Assembly (NCBI GenBank): GCA_963751345.1
Contig: CAVVUS010000030.1
Coordinates: 288,001-352,000, forward strand
Reading direction: 5' to 3'
From: an uncultured Chloroflexia bacterium
GTDB lineage: Bacteria; Chloroflexota; Anaerolineae; B4-G1; SLSP01
Length of the DNA: 64,000 nt
The notes under the pieces are model-generated. The model made no database searches, had not been told where the DNA came from, and saw only the letters and a list, made by a program, of their open reading frames with translations. Below are positions 61,815-64,000 of the stretch, one piece after another (position 1 is the stretch's first letter; each line of letters opens with the position of its first letter). A program made the position numbers and the translations under genes.

Positions 61815-64000
61815 TTACCTTCCCTTGAGACTCACCCGCAGCGTCTTGATCTCAAAGGGGCCGAAGCTGAGGGACACGCCACCCTCGACGAGGTCGAGCT
61901 CCTGCAGCGGGGTTTCCATCAGGTCGGCTTCGGCGACTGCTGCGACGGGCATGCCGAAACTCACCTGGGCGTCGACGCCGGCCCCGGTCGCCTCGTAGAG
62001 CCGGACGATGACGTCGTCACCATCCTCAGCCTGCTTGACCGCCTCCACGATGACGGCGGGCGCGTCGACCTGCAGCAGCGACGCCGTCTTCGGCGCCTCG
62101 CCGCCCTGGGCCTTCAGATAGGTCGTCCTCAGCGGCACGTTGAGCGCGTATCCTTCCCGGATCACGCCACCCTCGACCGGGTCGCCGGCGTGCGGGTAGA
62201 GCGCGTAGGTGAAGACGTGATCGGCCTGGTCGGTGTAGCCGAGATGGGGCTCACCCTCAGGGAACGTCTGCTCCAGCGCGTAGTTCGTGCCGGGGTAGGG
62301 CGCGCTGCGCAGCAGGTTGAGATCGATCACGGGGAATGCTCCTTGTCCCACGCTCTTGATCTTGTAGCCGTACTTTGAGTCATTGAGAGTGCGACACCGT
62401 AGTCGCGCTGCGAGACGTCGGCCCACTTGTGGGCCACGACCTCGTCCTTCGCCAGATCCCAGGTGGTGTTCCGGTGGGTCGGGCGGCGGAGGTGGCCGTA
62501 CTGGATCTCATACGTCGCTTCGTCAGCGTGCACGGCGACGGGGAACTGCGTCCGCAGCATCGAGTGGATCTCGCGCCAGTGCAGGTGCGTCACGAAGTCG
62601 AGGCGCGCGCTGCCCGCCGTCAGGGCGATCTCCTGGGTCAGCTCGGAGTATCCCATCTTGTAAGTCTGCTTCAGGACGGCGCGGGGGCCATCGACGGAAG
62701 CAGTTGACGCCACCAGCGTCATCCGCCGCGGCGTCTGTTCGGCGTAGTCCATGGGGAAGTCCCAGGCATCACCGGGGTCCTCGAAGACCACCAGCCGGTT
62801 GGCCGACTCGCCCTCGGGGATGACCTCGCGACCGGCGCGCTTGTCGTAGATCGAGGCGATGCTCCCGTCCTCGGCAAAGCTCACGCGCAGGAGGTCGTTC
62901 TCCAGGGCCTCGGTGGACGCCGAGAGGAGGGGCGCAGCGTGCTGCGCCCCTACGAGATCGGGGAGGAGACGCAGCGTCCACCACGGCGTAGCCCATCGCG
63001 GGGACTTCGGCGTGGACCCAGTGCCATCCAGGCGGACCCACTCCTCACGCGGCCAGGAGAGGGAGTTATGAAGTGCCACGGGCGCGGTCATGCCGGTCGT
63101 GTCGACCTTGCCCACGATCCGCGCATCCAGCTCGGCGGTCAGCGTCTTGACCTCCTCGTACATCGTCTCGTACCGGGCAACGCTCTCGTCATAGACGCGC
63201 TTGATCGAGGAGCCGGGCAGAATGTCGTGGAACTGGTAGAGCAGGACCTCACGCCAAAGCGTCTCAAGCCGCTCCGCCGGATAGGAGGCGCCGGTGAGCA
63301 CGCCAGCAGCAACGGCGGCCCACTCCAGGTCACGCAGGCCCAACTCCATCTTGCGGTTGAACCACTTGTTGCGCGCCTCGGTCGTCAGCGTGCCCTCGTG
63401 GCGTTCAAGATAGAGTTCGCCTACCCAGGTGGGAAAGCGATCGGCCTCCTTGCGCCACGACTCGAAGAACGCCGCAGCGGATTCCTGCTTGACCGGGCTC
63501 AACCCTGCGAGATTCTGGATGCGCTCCAATCGCTCCAGGTGCTCCGCGCCCGGGCCGCCGCCACCGTCGCCGATGCCGTAGACCATCAGCGCGTGGTGGG
63601 AGACGCCCTTGTCCTTGTAGTTGGTCTCGATCTTGCGCACGGACCGTGGCGCCGCCGGGCCGTTGTAGGTCTCCTCCGGCAGCATGTGCGTCAGCACGAT
63701 GCTGCCATCGATGCCCTGCCAGTGGAACGACTGGTGCGGGAACGTGTTGATCAGGCTCCAGGAGAGCTTCTGCGTGGAGAAGATGTCGACCCCGGCCTTT
63801 TTCAGGATCTGGGGCAGCGCCGCACTGTAGCCGAAGACGTCGGGCAGCCAGAGGTAGTTGATGTCGACGCCGAACTCCTCCTTGAAGAAGCGCTTGCCCT
63901 GCAGCACCTGGCGGACCAGCGCCTCACCGCCGGAGACGTTGGTGTCGGCCTCGACCCACATCGCGCCCTGGGGCTCGATGCGGCCCTCGGCGACCTTGGC
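61815..64000 (-). CDS. Alpha-mannosidase, GH38 (5' part outside the window; frameshifts ~62390 and ~62990)
   Basis: WVEADTN, WLPDVFGYS, GIGDGGGGP, WVGELYLERHEGT, QFHDILPGSS, YEIQYG, NDSKYG, IVRLYE, FGPFEIKT. Confidence 0.93.
62928..62953 (-). repeat. GTAG-type REP palindrome inside the GH38 CDS
   Basis: Minus strand GTAGGGGCGCAGCACGCTGCGCCCCT, translated as VGAQHAAP. Confidence 0.7.

Noticed and set aside
1-64000. Programmed frameshifting or Sec/Pyl recoding as the cause of split ORFs
   Set aside because: The breaks are frame changes at unrelated sequence contexts, not in-frame TGA/TAG at catalytic positions, and I saw no shared slippery motif.

Overview
GC-rich bacterial DNA, most likely Chloroflexota (Anaerolineae-like). 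This is inferred from Pro/Thr-linker lipoproteins, C-terminal 'Y(L/M)P' tails and REP-like palindromes. About 25 genes, including housekeeping ones, are split by 1-2 nt indels, so this looks like an unpolished long-read assembly; CDS calls below span the joined frames. Layout: (i) a truncated SNF2 helicase (1-2789, -). (ii) An all-plus-strand ~19 kb accessory block (3.0-22.6 kb) ending at tRNA-Phe. It has three apparent operons: an LPXTG Thr-Ala repeat protein, a DUF3494 ice-binding protein and a C25 gingipain/PorU-like peptidase; then RNB nuclease, PRC-barrel, B12-radical SAM, rhomboid, two AI-2E proteins and YihY; then HdeD, CsbD, GlsB, YggT, YtxH and other small membrane proteins. Each operon is preceded by the same ~125-bp element with two dyads and a fixed 32-nt spacing to a -10 box, which is the most novel-looking signal here. 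(iii) Core and metabolic genes: a divergent transcarbamylase, three signal peptidases I, a DEAD-box helicase, a sulfatase, deoC, rsmG, a TPR-lytic transglycosylase, a stand-alone Cys-free rpsD, surE, thpR, thiI and scpB. Also present are an archaeal-type UbiD plus two-subunit aconitase X (modified mevalonate pathway), a fused [2Fe-2S]-molybdopterin oxidoreductase, GH43, an aldo/keto reductase and a truncated GH38. Several REP/REPIN-like palindrome families are scattered through the window, one of them inside the GH38 reading frame. No CRISPR array, integrase or transposase was seen. All calls come from reading motifs by eye; no database searches were run.
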